DNA of 63,626 bases, counting the filler, from Choristocarpus tenellus KU-1152 (taxonomy: Eukaryota; Protista; Phaeophyceae), in the NCBI GenBank assembly GCA_964200185.2. It is 11 parts of 11 records of this genome, joined end to end, with 100 filler letters (N's around TTAATTAATTAA, not from the genome) between each part and the next. Parts side by side here need not be neighbours in the genome. Positions count along the whole stretch, not along the records: positions 7,523 to 22,949 come from CAXNAD020001002.1; positions 23,050 to 27,486 come from CAXNAD020014557.1; 9 more parts are not named here. One strand, written 5' to 3'. This document shows positions 12,523-24,199 of this stretch, piece after piece (position 1 is the first letter of the stretch; each line of letters starts with the position of its first letter). The notes beneath the pieces were generated by a model. That model worked only from the letters and a program-made list of their open reading frames with translations, did no database searches and was not told the origin of the DNA. Position numbers and translations under genes: made by a program.

Positions 12523-15500
12523 CTACTTTGTCACAAAAGCCTTGGTAACTGTGATCTTACGCAGGGGGCGGTAAAGGGACGCCAGCTTGGCCCGCGGATC
12601 AAACCCCTTGCCAGCTGATGCAAAGCTGTGTTCACAGAAAAAGAGGCGTTTGGTGATGAGGGCAGGGAAGGTGGTTGTGACTTGGAGGTTATTCTCATTG
12701 AGCGTAGAACAAATGAAAAGCGCAAGAAAGTTTGAAGGCATTTGACCGTCAAGGATTGGGAATGGAGTTGTTGTTGGGGGTAGCGGTGTTATCATCACAT
12801 TTACCCTAGACTTCTGATCATGAAACACAAGCAAGTCGTTATTCAGATCCAGTAGGCATTTCCCTCTGGTGCAGGAAAAATGTTTGGGCACAAAGATATT
12901 GACAAATTTGTTTATAGGGGCATTTGATAAATACAGATTCACCTGTTGTCAGGCTTGAAGTTTCTGGGGGGTTTGTGTTAGTCTGTGGGTTTGGGGGGGG
13001 GGGGGGGGTCTGCACCAGGGTGTGTCCATTGAGGCCCTGACCAGGAGAAGTGAACTTACAATATCCATCAGACGCATGCGAACAAATCACTAAAAAATAC
13101 GACATGGAAAAATGGGCCCCAAATGGACAGCCACCACCCCCCCAGATACTTCGAGTCTCACTCCTGATGCTCAAGGGGACAGGAGAGGTAGAGGGCGGTA
13201 TGAAATAGCATTGCTTTTCTACTGGGCCCCAAATTCTACCCAAATCTATTGCCAAGAATTTCTGCCCAGATCTCAACCTGATAACTGTGAATCATCCACA
13301 AGTTAGATAGTCTGCTCTATATATAGCAATTTTTCAGTCCATTTGCGACTCAATCTTTTCTACAATTGCCTGAGATTCACGCCCACCAAGACCTCTCTCT
13401 AGCACCTTCCCATCCTCCATCTATCAATAACCCTCACCCACACCTTGACTCTGAATATGCCTGGCATAGTTTAGGCCGGACAATGTCGTCTAAGGCAGAC
13501 AGTTGGATGAAACATAGGTTGCACATGGGTAGCATATTCCGCAGACTAAAATTAGGGTCTAGAGCTCTATGTATTCTCAAAAGCAAAGTGTCTTCCAGCC
13601 CCTTGAAAATAATGACTGTGGAAAGAAAAATAAACAAGTAGTGCAAGTTGCAGCCTCTGAATGGAAGTGGAGACTGTACCAAGGCATTCATCCTACCTTG
13701 ACTTGCTACCCAATGGATCATCCCTTGTAACTGGTATGCCTTCCAAGGCAGCCATCACATCCAGGCCAGATACAACCTGAGCAGTAATAAAGGTTTAGCC
13801 AAGGAGGTGCTCAGATAAGCATTGTTCTTGGCATTGTTGGTGGGAAGGTTTGAGGATTGATTCAATCAAATGAAGATAGGTTTCTTGCTCTACTTCAATC
13901 TGAGTTTTCAATTACATATATGGCTATAGATCCCTTGAAAGAACAATGCTCAAAGATGGAGCCTTTGTAATGCTGAGAATACAGTGTGCAAAGCATGCTG
14001 TTCTATAGGCATGATACAATGAGCCTTGCTCGACACACCGATACATGATGAAAAGAAATCATGTTTTGGATTGAGAGGGAGGGTACACCTCGGGCATAGA
14101 GTACAAAACATTCTGTTGAAATAAGTGGCTGGCAAGACCTTTTCTGCTGTTGTTGCAAGAAAGTGATCTAAGATAGAAGAAGACAAGGTATATAGAGCCC
14201 ATAAATAATGAGGACATTGGTCAAAGATGAAACGTAGAAGGGGTTTCACACTGTATCCTATTTTAGAAGAGTCGCTGCTCTTCCATCTCGGCTACCACAT
14301 CCTAAATCTTATCACCCCCAGTATCACAAGTATGCCCTCTTGCAGTCAATTCTTCAATGTGCCTCAATTTCATCCCCCGTTAAAAGCACCACCTGAGACA
14401 CGGTATACCCCATTCAAAATACACTCGAACCACGCAAAAGGTTATACCCTGTTTCAAAATCAGGAAATGCACAGACAGGGTTAGCATATGAACATTCAGG
14501 CACTCACTTGGCCCATTACCATATCTTCATTATCCAGGTCCGGATTTGCTGCAGGAGCAATTGTAAACTCAAATGTTCCTCCTCCTCTGCGCATTGAGAC
14601 TACCCCAGGTTGATCGTGGAGCAGTAGATTGAAGTCAGAGTTCATCATTCCTTCTGCAGCTGACATGCTCTTGCGACGCACACGACCTGTCCAGTCAATT
14701 TCACTCACCTATTTTCACCCAACACGCATCCCAAGGTTGATAATCAAGAAGTGCAAAAAAAAGGCAGGAGGAGAGGGCACACAGGGCAGGGACAGGGAGG
14801 TGGGGGAGAGGATTGGAGGTGAGAGAAAAGAAAAAGAATCAAGGCAGTGCATGTGTGTAAGTAGGTAAGGCTTCTCATGGTCTAGTCAGGAGGTTGGTGG
14901 AAGATGGTTTATGGAAAATTCTGTGGTGGAATATAATCGACGTTTCTTGTGGCTAGAGGAATCTGTTCATGGTGAAGAGCCCTTCAAGTAAGGTTCAATT
15001 TACCACGGTGTGTCACACATGTGTGTATCCCTTGTGCTGCATCAAAAATTCAACTCTTTTCGAAGAAATAGCTCAAATACATCAAACACATCCAGTACCG
15101 GGAAGGTGTATCTTCCAAGGCTCACTGAGATAGTGATACCATGGCAGATATCAAAAGTAGGCAGACCCACACAAAAAATCGGGCCTGACAATCCCTCACC
15201 GAGAAGTGACTCCACCTTGACATGTTTTACGAACCCCCCCTTCTTGATGTCCCCACCTCGTACTTGTCAGCACCCAACGGCAGTTTACCGAGGTCTATTC
15301 TCTTGCCCTTTTCCACACGGGTTATGCCACTGCCGTCATAGTTTATTCCTCCACGGTAGTTTGTCTCCACTACACTCAGAAAGTTTTCCACCGCCTGGGG
15401 GGCTGCCTTGCCTGGTGATTAAGGCAGGTAGGTGGGGCAAAGGGGGAGGTGTGAGGCAAGAGTCACAAGCTCAGGGTGAGGCATCACAACGAGAGCATAT

Positions 15501-15945
15501 GATTCTTTGCGGTGAGAAGTGCTCTAAGTCTGTGTATATGTTTATGCTCTTGATCCTCTCGGGAAAGGAAGAGAGATGAAGCCTCAAGCAACGGTGTCGT
15601 GTCTGGACTTGCAAGGTGATCGGAATGTATGGTATGTTGGTATGTTAATTGATGATTTGTCCAGCAAGGAGAGTCTTGAATAGATGAGTACGACTCACCG
15701 TACAGCCCTATTACAAGTGTTCCCATTGATTCTCCTCCTGATACCAATTGCAAGGCCACCTTTTTCGTCACCTCTGCCTGCGGAGCCGGGGCTGTCTCCT
15801 GGGCCGAAACGGGTGCCACGCGATTGGTGCCAGCTGTTACTATGCCGGCTAGGGCGAGTCGTGTGGCCGTGGCGATGAAGTCATGCCTGCTCAACGATTT
15901 ACTGAGGGGAATTTTTTTCAACATTGTCGAGGGGGTCAGTGGCAT
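12523..15945 (-). CDS. Divergent cyclophilin-type PPIase, probably thylakoid lumen (CYP26-2-like)
   Basis: Exons (minus): 15945 (or acceptor at 15984)-15699, 15411-15257, 14708-14508, 13776-13697, 12625-12523 (TAG); all GT-AG with matching phases. Spliced protein includes VTKKVALQL..MGTLVIGLYGKAAPQAVENF, YDGSGITRV, HDQPGVVSM, FEFTIAP..PDLDNEDMVMGQVVSGLDVM and DPRAKLASLYRPLRKITVTK. Lumen-targeting-like SRHDFI, hydrophobic stretch and VSA/QE precede the domain. An upstream exon is unresolved. Confidence 0.88.
12952..13157 (+). mobile_element. MITE family A, full length, in a cyclophilin intron
   Basis: GGCTTGAAGTTTCTGGGGGG ... CCCCCAGATACTTCGAGTC; TSD tca/tca. Confidence 0.92.
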
Positions 15946-17699
15946 ATGTCTTGGGCAAGGGATTATAGCAACGTGACCACAGCGCTAGTTAATAGAAGAG
16001 GCGAACAGGAAATCTCTCACGTAAGACAAGATACCATCCTCCATATCAGAATCGACACGCGCAGCGGGAGGGTTGGGATATTGCCATCTACTAGGGGTCT
16101 TCGACTTCTAAAGGGTGAACTGGGTCCCCATATGTTCAAACACATGTTGCGAAAGGACAAATTACGACCTTCACTATCACCCTCTCCAAATGAACCATAC
16201 AAGACAGCCTCCTTTGGCGAGGAACCGAGTAGATGCTATGAAAAAGAAGGTCAACTTCCAACCTTGTCGTGTCGATGGACATCATCGCGGTGGAGAATGT
16301 GCGATGGAAGGAGCGCCTTGATGTCTGCATGTCACTGGGTGTCGCAAAGTTGAACGGTTTAACATAGTTGAAAGCTATGTGTATATCAGCAGAACAAGTA
16401 CAAACGAAAGACAAACCGTGTGGGTACAAGTCGAGGTTTGGAGGAAAAACAGAGAGCAAAGACGGAGGTGCAAGGGCACTTGAGAGGGGTGACTTGATGA
16501 AGTGGACTTACAAAACACGTCCCACTGTACATTCACTTTTCCCCCAAATTGTCTGCTGCGTCGTCTGTGTGAACAACAAAATGCATAGAGCAAACATTAC
16601 GAAGCATACCTGCACAATAGCAGAAGAGCAATACCAAGCTCATCACCGTCAGCGAGCGAGGCGCTGCTGCCATGGTGCTGTACGCTTAGCTCCCACGTTT
16701 TGAAGGACGATACACAATGAGAATTCAAAAAGGAAAAAGATAGGAAAAAAAAACTTCAACACACTTCGATTGTGTGGATTCCACCAATACCGTGTCGAGG
16801 GAAACTTTACAGCAGGTGGTGCAGGAGACACCTTTATGCAATGACGACATACACCATAGTGCTTGAGGTCGAGGGTTCGGACCATCGAGGTCAGTCCTAT
16901 GAGTTTGCGGTGCATACAAAGTCTTGTTATCCGAGTTTGTTCAGGAAGAGTCGTCCTGTACCACACATGGACCTCCTCGAGCATGCTCCTCACGGACATC
17001 TTGTTGGTCTTTACTTATTGACCCCCATACAGAGACGGAGAGGATACGATGGAGGGGACACGTATTCCCCTCTGTGTCTAGTGGCGCCCTGGTGGACAGC
17101 CTCGTGATGCATCTTGACAAGCATTTTTCTAGACTCCGCGAGTTTGGTGAGGGGCGAGGTTACTTGATGCAATTCTACCACAACGACGAAGGTGAGGAGA
17201 TATTCCATGATTTATTTCAACTCCCTTATAAGAGCTTATTGTGTCGTCTGTTGCAACCATTCTCCATATTTTTTGTTTTGGTCTGTTGCAGCAGTGTCCC
17301 GCTTGGATCAAGTTTTGTCGGTTTGACGAGGTAAGTTGGGACCCTTCTCATTGATAGAGATGTTAGGGAGACAAGAGAACAAATATTCACTTAACAAGCT
17401 AAGTATATCGCAAAGATCTTGTTATATGCATGCACAAATAATTTCTTTGAGGGCACATGTTCATGTCAAGGAACATGTTGATGGAGCTTCAACCACAACG
17501 ATCTAGGTGCGAACTGTACATTATGGGTCCCTGCGGCATCCTTAGGCTTAACCTGGGTGTTAGGAACAATCAAGAGCCCCATTCACCACTACTCCATCTT
17601 TTCATTGCACTCGCCTCCCCCGCACGTAAAGGTTGGTCCCCCCTTACGGCAGATACTCCTATTCAACGTATCCCCAGGACCTGTCTTGTGCATGTCCAG

Positions 17700-19798
17700 T
17701 TCGTGCCAGATAATGCTGAATCACCAGCGAGCGCGGGATTGGGCGATTCTTCAGTACTAGAGAGACGTCTTTACTCTAGATCCGAAAGCGGCTGCCTTGA
17801 TAAGGACGCTGAGATTCGACCTCGGGCGTTGCTAGCCCTGCCATGGAGGAACTTTGAATTGGACTTCGGCGGAGGAGGACTGCTCATCAGGGATATCCCC
17901 CTCTTCATCAGAGACGTTTCTAACTCTGAGGAGGGGACAGGCTTCTTCACATGGGTGTGTGTGCTCTATCGTAGGATAGCTTTGGGGCAGAGTGGGGTTT
18001 GAGTATGATACCTCACTACACCTTGCAAAGTATATTGCGTAAGGATGTGTTGGACTGAAGTGTTGCATGTAGGATTCAGACTGCATTACTACTGAACATG
18101 AGCCTTATTTTATAATAGAGTAGGTATTATAAGTATTAAATAGAATGGACTTTGTTGGGGATTTTAACAATGCTGAAATACGGTATTCAGGGGCATGGAG
18201 TAAGATTGAATTGGTAAGAGGTTGCACCTGAGCGTTGAATGTTGGTAGCACATTAAGCAATTGTGTCACAAGGTCATGTATCACCTATGTAGCTCAGTGT
18301 GGATCACCTGATGAAGTATTTGACGTCACATTAGGTGATTTGTCTGTTTCTGGTTGCTAAGTACCATCCCTCCACTTGCCTACCTTCAACCTCCATCTCC
18401 CCGCCACCTCATTGCCTTTGTGCCCTAGGATGGTGCTGTGATGCTGGCAAAATACTTAGAGCACACAACCCCTCTTGTGCCCTTCACTTCGGGCAAAGAA
18501 CTTTCACCCCCTGAAATGGTATGGCAAGGACCATCTCAGGGAGAGCAGGTCCAGGAGGGGGTCCTGAGAGGAGGAGAGAGACAATGGTGGAGGTGTCAGC
18601 GACAGCAGTATCCCCGTGTACTGGAGCTGGGATGTGGGACCGGTCTTGCTGGACTGTCAGCAGCAGCCTTGGGGGCACGAGAGGTGATCCTGTCCGACCT
18701 TCTTTATGCCCTGGACAACACTAGGGCCAATGTTTACCGGAACCGGACTTTCTTACGCACAGAGGAAGAAGATGAGGGGGGAGGGTCGGGGGGAGGGGAA
18801 GAAGAGAGCACAGGGCAGGAAGGGCGTGGTGTTGTGAGGGTGAGGGAGCTTGATTGGCGAGAACCTCTCCCGTTGGATCTGATGGGTGAGTCAATACCTC
18901 TATGTACATCTCCTGTGGAAAGAGTTGTTTGCCCTTATCTATACATGAATACTTGTGTACTTTTGAACATAGTGCATGGGTACATAGTTGTGTGTGCATA
19001 GTACATAGTATGTATTTATGTGTGTAGAAAAAATATGTTGGCGAATTACTGTCAAAATGTGTAGAGTGGGACTGTCAAGTAGTGTGTCTTTGTTGAGTAG
19101 ATGTAGTTACGTGTGTGTGTATGCATGCATGTATTTAGTGTAAACAATTAGGCATGGGGAGTTGATGACCCCCTCATGCATCCTGATTCTAGTTTTGTAT
19201 CTGCAATGACGTCCCCGACCCCAAACCCCCTGCTTTCTTTGTTCCTGTTGAAACCTGAATGGACAGGAAATTAATACACCAATTGTAGGAAGTAGATGCG
19301 ATGCATACCATACTATTATATATATTTTTTCGGTTACCCCAACTGGATGGTGCCAGGAAATGAGAGGAGGGTTTGGAATATATAATGGTGCAACCTTTCC
19401 ATCCAGCCTAACCCTCTGCCCTAATTTTCTTTTTTTCCAAGTCAGATGGTGGAGAGTTTGATCTTGTTCTAGCTGCAGATGTGGTCTGGCTGGATGACCT
19501 GGTCCTTCCCTTGGTGGAGACCCTGGAGCGTGTGACAGAGGGCTGGGTCAAGCAAGGGATTAATGCTGCGAGTCACATAGCTGGGGCAGCTGCTGCTAAG
19601 GTGGATCGAGAAGGGGATGTGTGCAGAATGGGAGATTGGGGGGAGGTGATGAAGGGAGAGGGAGGGCATGGGGATGAATGTGAAAGGAGAGATAGGCGGG
19701 AGGTCCTCTTGGCATATCAGTGGCGCAGTTCTAAGACAGGGAAGACATTACTGGAGGCTCTAGGGAGGAGCTTCAACGTGCAGGAGGTGCCCCCTGAG
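17700..19798 (+). CDS. METTL21-like (Methyltransf_16) seven-beta-strand protein lysine methyltransferase, partial
   Basis: Exons ~17700-17954 (GTGFFTW), 18429-18885 (DGAVMLAKYL, motif I VLELGCGTGLAGL, ILSDL, ELDW) and 19446-19798 (FDLVLAADVVW..LPLVETL..LLAYQWR), with phases consistent. Further 5' exon(s) probably lie in 16840-17330. The last exon was not identified. Confidence 0.88.
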
Positions 19799-20229
19799 GT
19801 GTGTATGTAGCTGTGTGCCTGTGATTGAAAGGGGTAGGTTTGAATGTGTTTGTAGGCCTGTATTTGAGGGATTTGCTTATATATGGTCCTGGTGTAGTCA
19901 TTAGTCGACTCGGCCTCAGTACTGCAAGGCAGTCAATCATATCACATACTCCAAGCCCACTTAGGGGTAGTCCTTGCAGGAGTAGACTGTGGTTTACAGT
20001 GTGTGCAGTTCAGTACCGCTTAGGAAAGACCTTTAGACGGTATTAATGAATGATTGTGGAGTGTAAGATTGACTGAATGGGTTGAGTGTTCTCTCTCTTT
20101 TGAGGGAGCTCGCTGGAGCTGGCTTCCGTACAGCGAGGTCGAAACCTCTGCATCGAGAGGATTGAAGGAACCTAGGTTTTGTCACGAAGTAAGCATGGTG
20201 AAAGTGTGATGGAAAAGGGATGCGCACCT

Positions 20230-20850
20230 AGCAGGTCTGTCCATGGATGAGTGTTACTACCCCGTGGAACAGGTGCCGAACCATGTTATACCTGTTTCTA
20301 CCCTGGAGGCGTTGTTATGAGAAAGGGTGCGGAGGTGTTTTGGACGGTTATCCCCTGTATGAGGAGCAAGTTCTGAGAAAGGAGAGCATGGGAATATTGA
20401 TTTGAGGGTTGTCAAAACCGACCTCAAGAACGGTGTGGACGAGGGCATTGTATAGATACTGGTGAACCGTGTGTGGAAGTACAAGCAGACCACTGAAGCA
20501 GAAGGTCGACGTTCTGCTGACCCCCGAGGTGGGTAGGGTCCCTGGTGAAGATTGGTTGCTGAACCTGGTGGAGATTTTGAGGCCTGCTTGGTCAGGCTGA
20601 CCAGGATGGGAAGCACCTCCGCCAGGGACCCGGGTTTGCCGTTAGAGTCGCTGTGGAGGTGTTCATGTAGACAGCCACCTGGACAGGCTTTTTGGATATA
20701 TTGTTAGTTAAGAGATGGAGAGTTGGAAAATGGAGCCGGTCAGGTGGTTGACTAGGGTGATACTGTGAGTGTTGAAGGGCTCCAGAGATTTGGCTGTGGG
20801 TGTTGCTCAAGGTGCAATTTCAAATGGATATGAAGAGATCATCCTGTAGA
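20230..20850 (-). mobile_element. Possible highly decayed Copia RT/RNase H remnant
   Basis: Weak motif echoes: GSIFQL..ISKKPVQVAVYMNT and RPKHLRTLSH..RVETG..CST (cf. RxKHIDxRYH..LVExG..CPT). Confidence 0.35.
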
Positions 20851-21164
20851 CTTCTTTTGACTCCATCTTCAACCACATAAAGAAGTGGGTTGTCTACAAG
20901 GGTGCTGTGGTGTAATTGCCCAAAGATGGAAGGTTTGGTGCTGAGCAAGGGCTGGGCAAGTCACCCGATGGGCTCACGGGGTCTCGGTACGGAGCAGGCT
21001 GGTAGGAATGTTCTGTATCGGTGGGAAGATGGTTTGATTAATATTTTGTGTGATTTATGTGTTAAGGAGTGTCAAATCGAGGTTAAGTATTGGTCGTATG
21101 TTGTTTGTTGTGGTGTCTCCTCAGTAGCATAAACAACAGCAATTTGTTGGTATGAAATGAGGTT

Positions 21165-21545
21165 TTGCTTGTCCTGTCTGCCGTTTTTGGCGCGCACACA
21201 TGCCAAACACCAAGCTTTCCATCAAAGCCGTGAGCCGAATCTGGCGGGCGTTGGCTGCAATGATCGTGGTTTTGGGGATACGACTCTTTTGCTGCAAAGT
21301 AGGGGACCCTGGAAGGTCGCTATCATCCTCATGCAGAAACACCCTATCCCTTTCCCCATCAGCCATCACGAAAAACCAGGTTTCATCCACATGGACCGTG
21401 TTTGCCATGGAGGCGTACACACCACAATTCCAGTCCATTTGATCGCAAATGAAGTCCATTCTCTGTACCTTTTGCCACGGTTGAAGCTTGGGTTTGATCC
21501 AGCGGCAATTCGGCATAGCCCCCATATCATCCAACCACCTGTTTA
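21165..21545 (-). pseudogene. Second, truncated copy of the same mariner transposase
   Basis: IKPKL..QKVQRMDF..TVHVDETWFF..KSRIPKTTIIAANAR, then a frameshift. The DNA is clearly homologous to ~42345-42640. Confidence 0.85.
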
Positions 21546-22850
21546 TGGTGCTCGTGATATAATTCAAGGAGAATAGATACAGTAACATGAGCTTCCTAGT
21601 GTTGGACTGTTAAGAGCACAGGTTGTGTTGTTATGTTAATGCAGACGGAAAAAAAAAATGCTATTAAAAAAAAAGCTATAAAAAAAAAAATCCGAGTCCA
21701 GTATTGCAATTTTGCAGTGTGTATCTCCTATACAATTCCAAAATTATATACACAAACGGCTGTCCATGGGCGTATGTATATATTATTGCTGAGAGTGACA
21801 CAAGAGAAGAGAAGAGAAGAAAAGAAAAGAAAAAAAAGAAAGTCTGCCCTTGTTGACATGAATGTCACTTTAAGGGGTGTGATTGAAGCAGGGCTTTTTG
21901 ATGGACTGGGTACACACGGTGGTACTTTGTCAGGGGCCAGTCAGTCCTGCCTGGTGAAACAAGATTGATCGGGCCTGTCCAGGGCAATCAGAGAGTAACA
22001 CTGGAATGTGGGCTGGCTCAGGTTAAATTTGTCTCGACAGAGCTGGACCAGGATCACTGAGCTTGTAAAGATGGACTGGGACCGCAGGCCGGCCTGGGTA
22101 ACCATGTCTTGACAGAGCTGGACTGGAGCTATCGAGTTTGTAGCCGTACCAAAGCGCAGTCCAGCCGCAGACCCGGCCCAGCCTGTTGATCTGATGGCAA
22201 GTCCTGGATTTTGACATAATCTATTGTGCATGCTGACCTCTAGAAACGTCATCCAATATTATACTACGTATGTTGACTGCAGCATCACTACTACAGAACT
22301 CCAGCACCATGTGTGGGGAGCAAAATAATTGTGAATGCAATTGTCCATGAAGCTCTCCCCAGAAGTTGGTCCCTCTCAATATTTGTTCTATTGCTACATA
22401 CCCAAAGGGGAGGGGACATGGGCATGCAAATATATCCTGAGTCTAATAATATTCAAGCAGATGCAGCTACTAGAAGACAGAAAAAAGAGCCAGCATGGTA
22501 CAGACTTTTTTTAGAGCGATTGAACCCTTGTTGAATACTCCAAGTTGGAGACCGCGAAAGAGGCAGTACAGTGAGTAACACAAAGTGGTGCACTAGAAAC
22601 AATACTATATGAGAAGACCTTGTCTACCCACAGAGAGTTTGGACATTATTCTTCACAAATCGATGCCTTTTCTGAGTCTCATATGAGGTGGCCAAGCAAC
22701 AGGCGCAGGAATATGTGCCTGGTTCTGGTCTCCTGGTGTGAGTGGACAAGGGGTTGTCAAGTAACCGTGCAGGAAGATGTGGGACTTCCTCTGGGTATTG
22801 TGGTCCAGGCTCCGTTCAGGAGATGTTCTTCCCTACACAGAGTCTGGGCA

Positions 22851-22864
22851 GGGTCAAAGTATCT

Positions 22865-22905
<41 letters not shown>

Positions 22906-22920
22906 GGGGGGGGGCAGCCC
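22851..22920. mobile_element. MITE family A terminus at contig end
   Basis: GGGTCAAAGTATCT followed by a long poly-G tract. Confidence 0.7.
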
Positions 22921-23935
22921 TTTTTTTTTTTTGTGTTTTTTTTGTTTGTNNNNNNNNNNNNNNNNNNNNNNNNNNNNNNNNNNNNNNNNNNNNTTAATTA
23001 ATTAANNNNNNNNNNNNNNNNNNNNNNNNNNNNNNNNNNNNNNNNNNNNCTTGTCTTCACTATTGATAAATAGCAGTACCTCCCAAGGTAAATTGCACAG
23101 TTATTTCCCCGTGGAGGAAGGATAACCTTCCCTAGCCCCTCTAAGTGGACCTTTTCAACACAAGAGCTCCCGTTCGTATTCCATCCCCACATCAAATCCC
23201 CCCTGAGACGTTCAACACTTGTTTCAAAACTACCTGCGGTCTATGTCAATATACTACATTAATAACATCCGACCTCCACCTTCTTGCCTTCTTCATTTCA
23301 GTATGGGTCAATCCTTTGCTTGACCGAGGTCGGAACAACCCCTATTTCCCCATAGTACAATGCAATTTCGTGGTGACCTACCTCGGACAGGTACCTCCTC
23401 AGAATCCCTCTCGGTGCTTCTGTTGCCTCTTTCCTACCCATCACACCTTAGAGTTCCCTTTCTTTTTCTTATCCATAACCAATGGATAATGTAATCGAGA
23501 TGAAATATCCTGACATTCAGGAACTCCTCCTGCACGATCTTCGTACACCTGTGCCCTCTGGTGGTACATTTCCTTCTCGTCGCAACTATTCCTTATTGCT
23601 TTTCAGCATCAATGACCAAGTAGTGACCTACACCCTCCCCTCAACTCAGGGATCACAACTTCCTCCATAACGCTGCTTTGTTCTTTTCACCTCCACCTCC
23701 CTCTAACAAAATGCCACGGATTCTTACAATTCCCCGACTGACTCGAAATCGTTGATACGGTATTGCAGAACACGGAATTTCTTGAGATGTAAAATTGATG
23801 CGCCACTCCTGCCTCCAGTAGGGTGTTGCAGAAAACGATAATGATTCAAAGGAACGGCTGATGCACCACTCCTGCTTCCCATGCTCAAACAAATTGGCAA
23901 TATCAGCAACTCCATATTGTTCGAGTTATCCCCTA

Positions 23936-24199
23936 GAGTGAAAGTTTCTTTGAGAGTACGGGTTTCACCCTGTTAGCTCGTTTGGGGCTTGGCTTCCCAC
24001 AGGTCTTTTTATGACATTTTCCTATTCCGAAAGGTTCGGAGTAAGTAAAATGTATACGTTTTTGGAGTAGGTATCTTGTGTATGTCCGAAAAAGGATGTT
24101 GACAGTTAACAAAAACGGTCAAAATTACATCAAAATTGCAACATTGGATTTTGGCCCCCAAATGGACACGGCTCTACCCTCTATAAGATACCTTGACTC
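23936..24199 (-). mobile_element. MITE family B
   Basis: Degenerate TIRs with a homologous interior; 3-bp TSD cta/cta. Confidence 0.9.
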
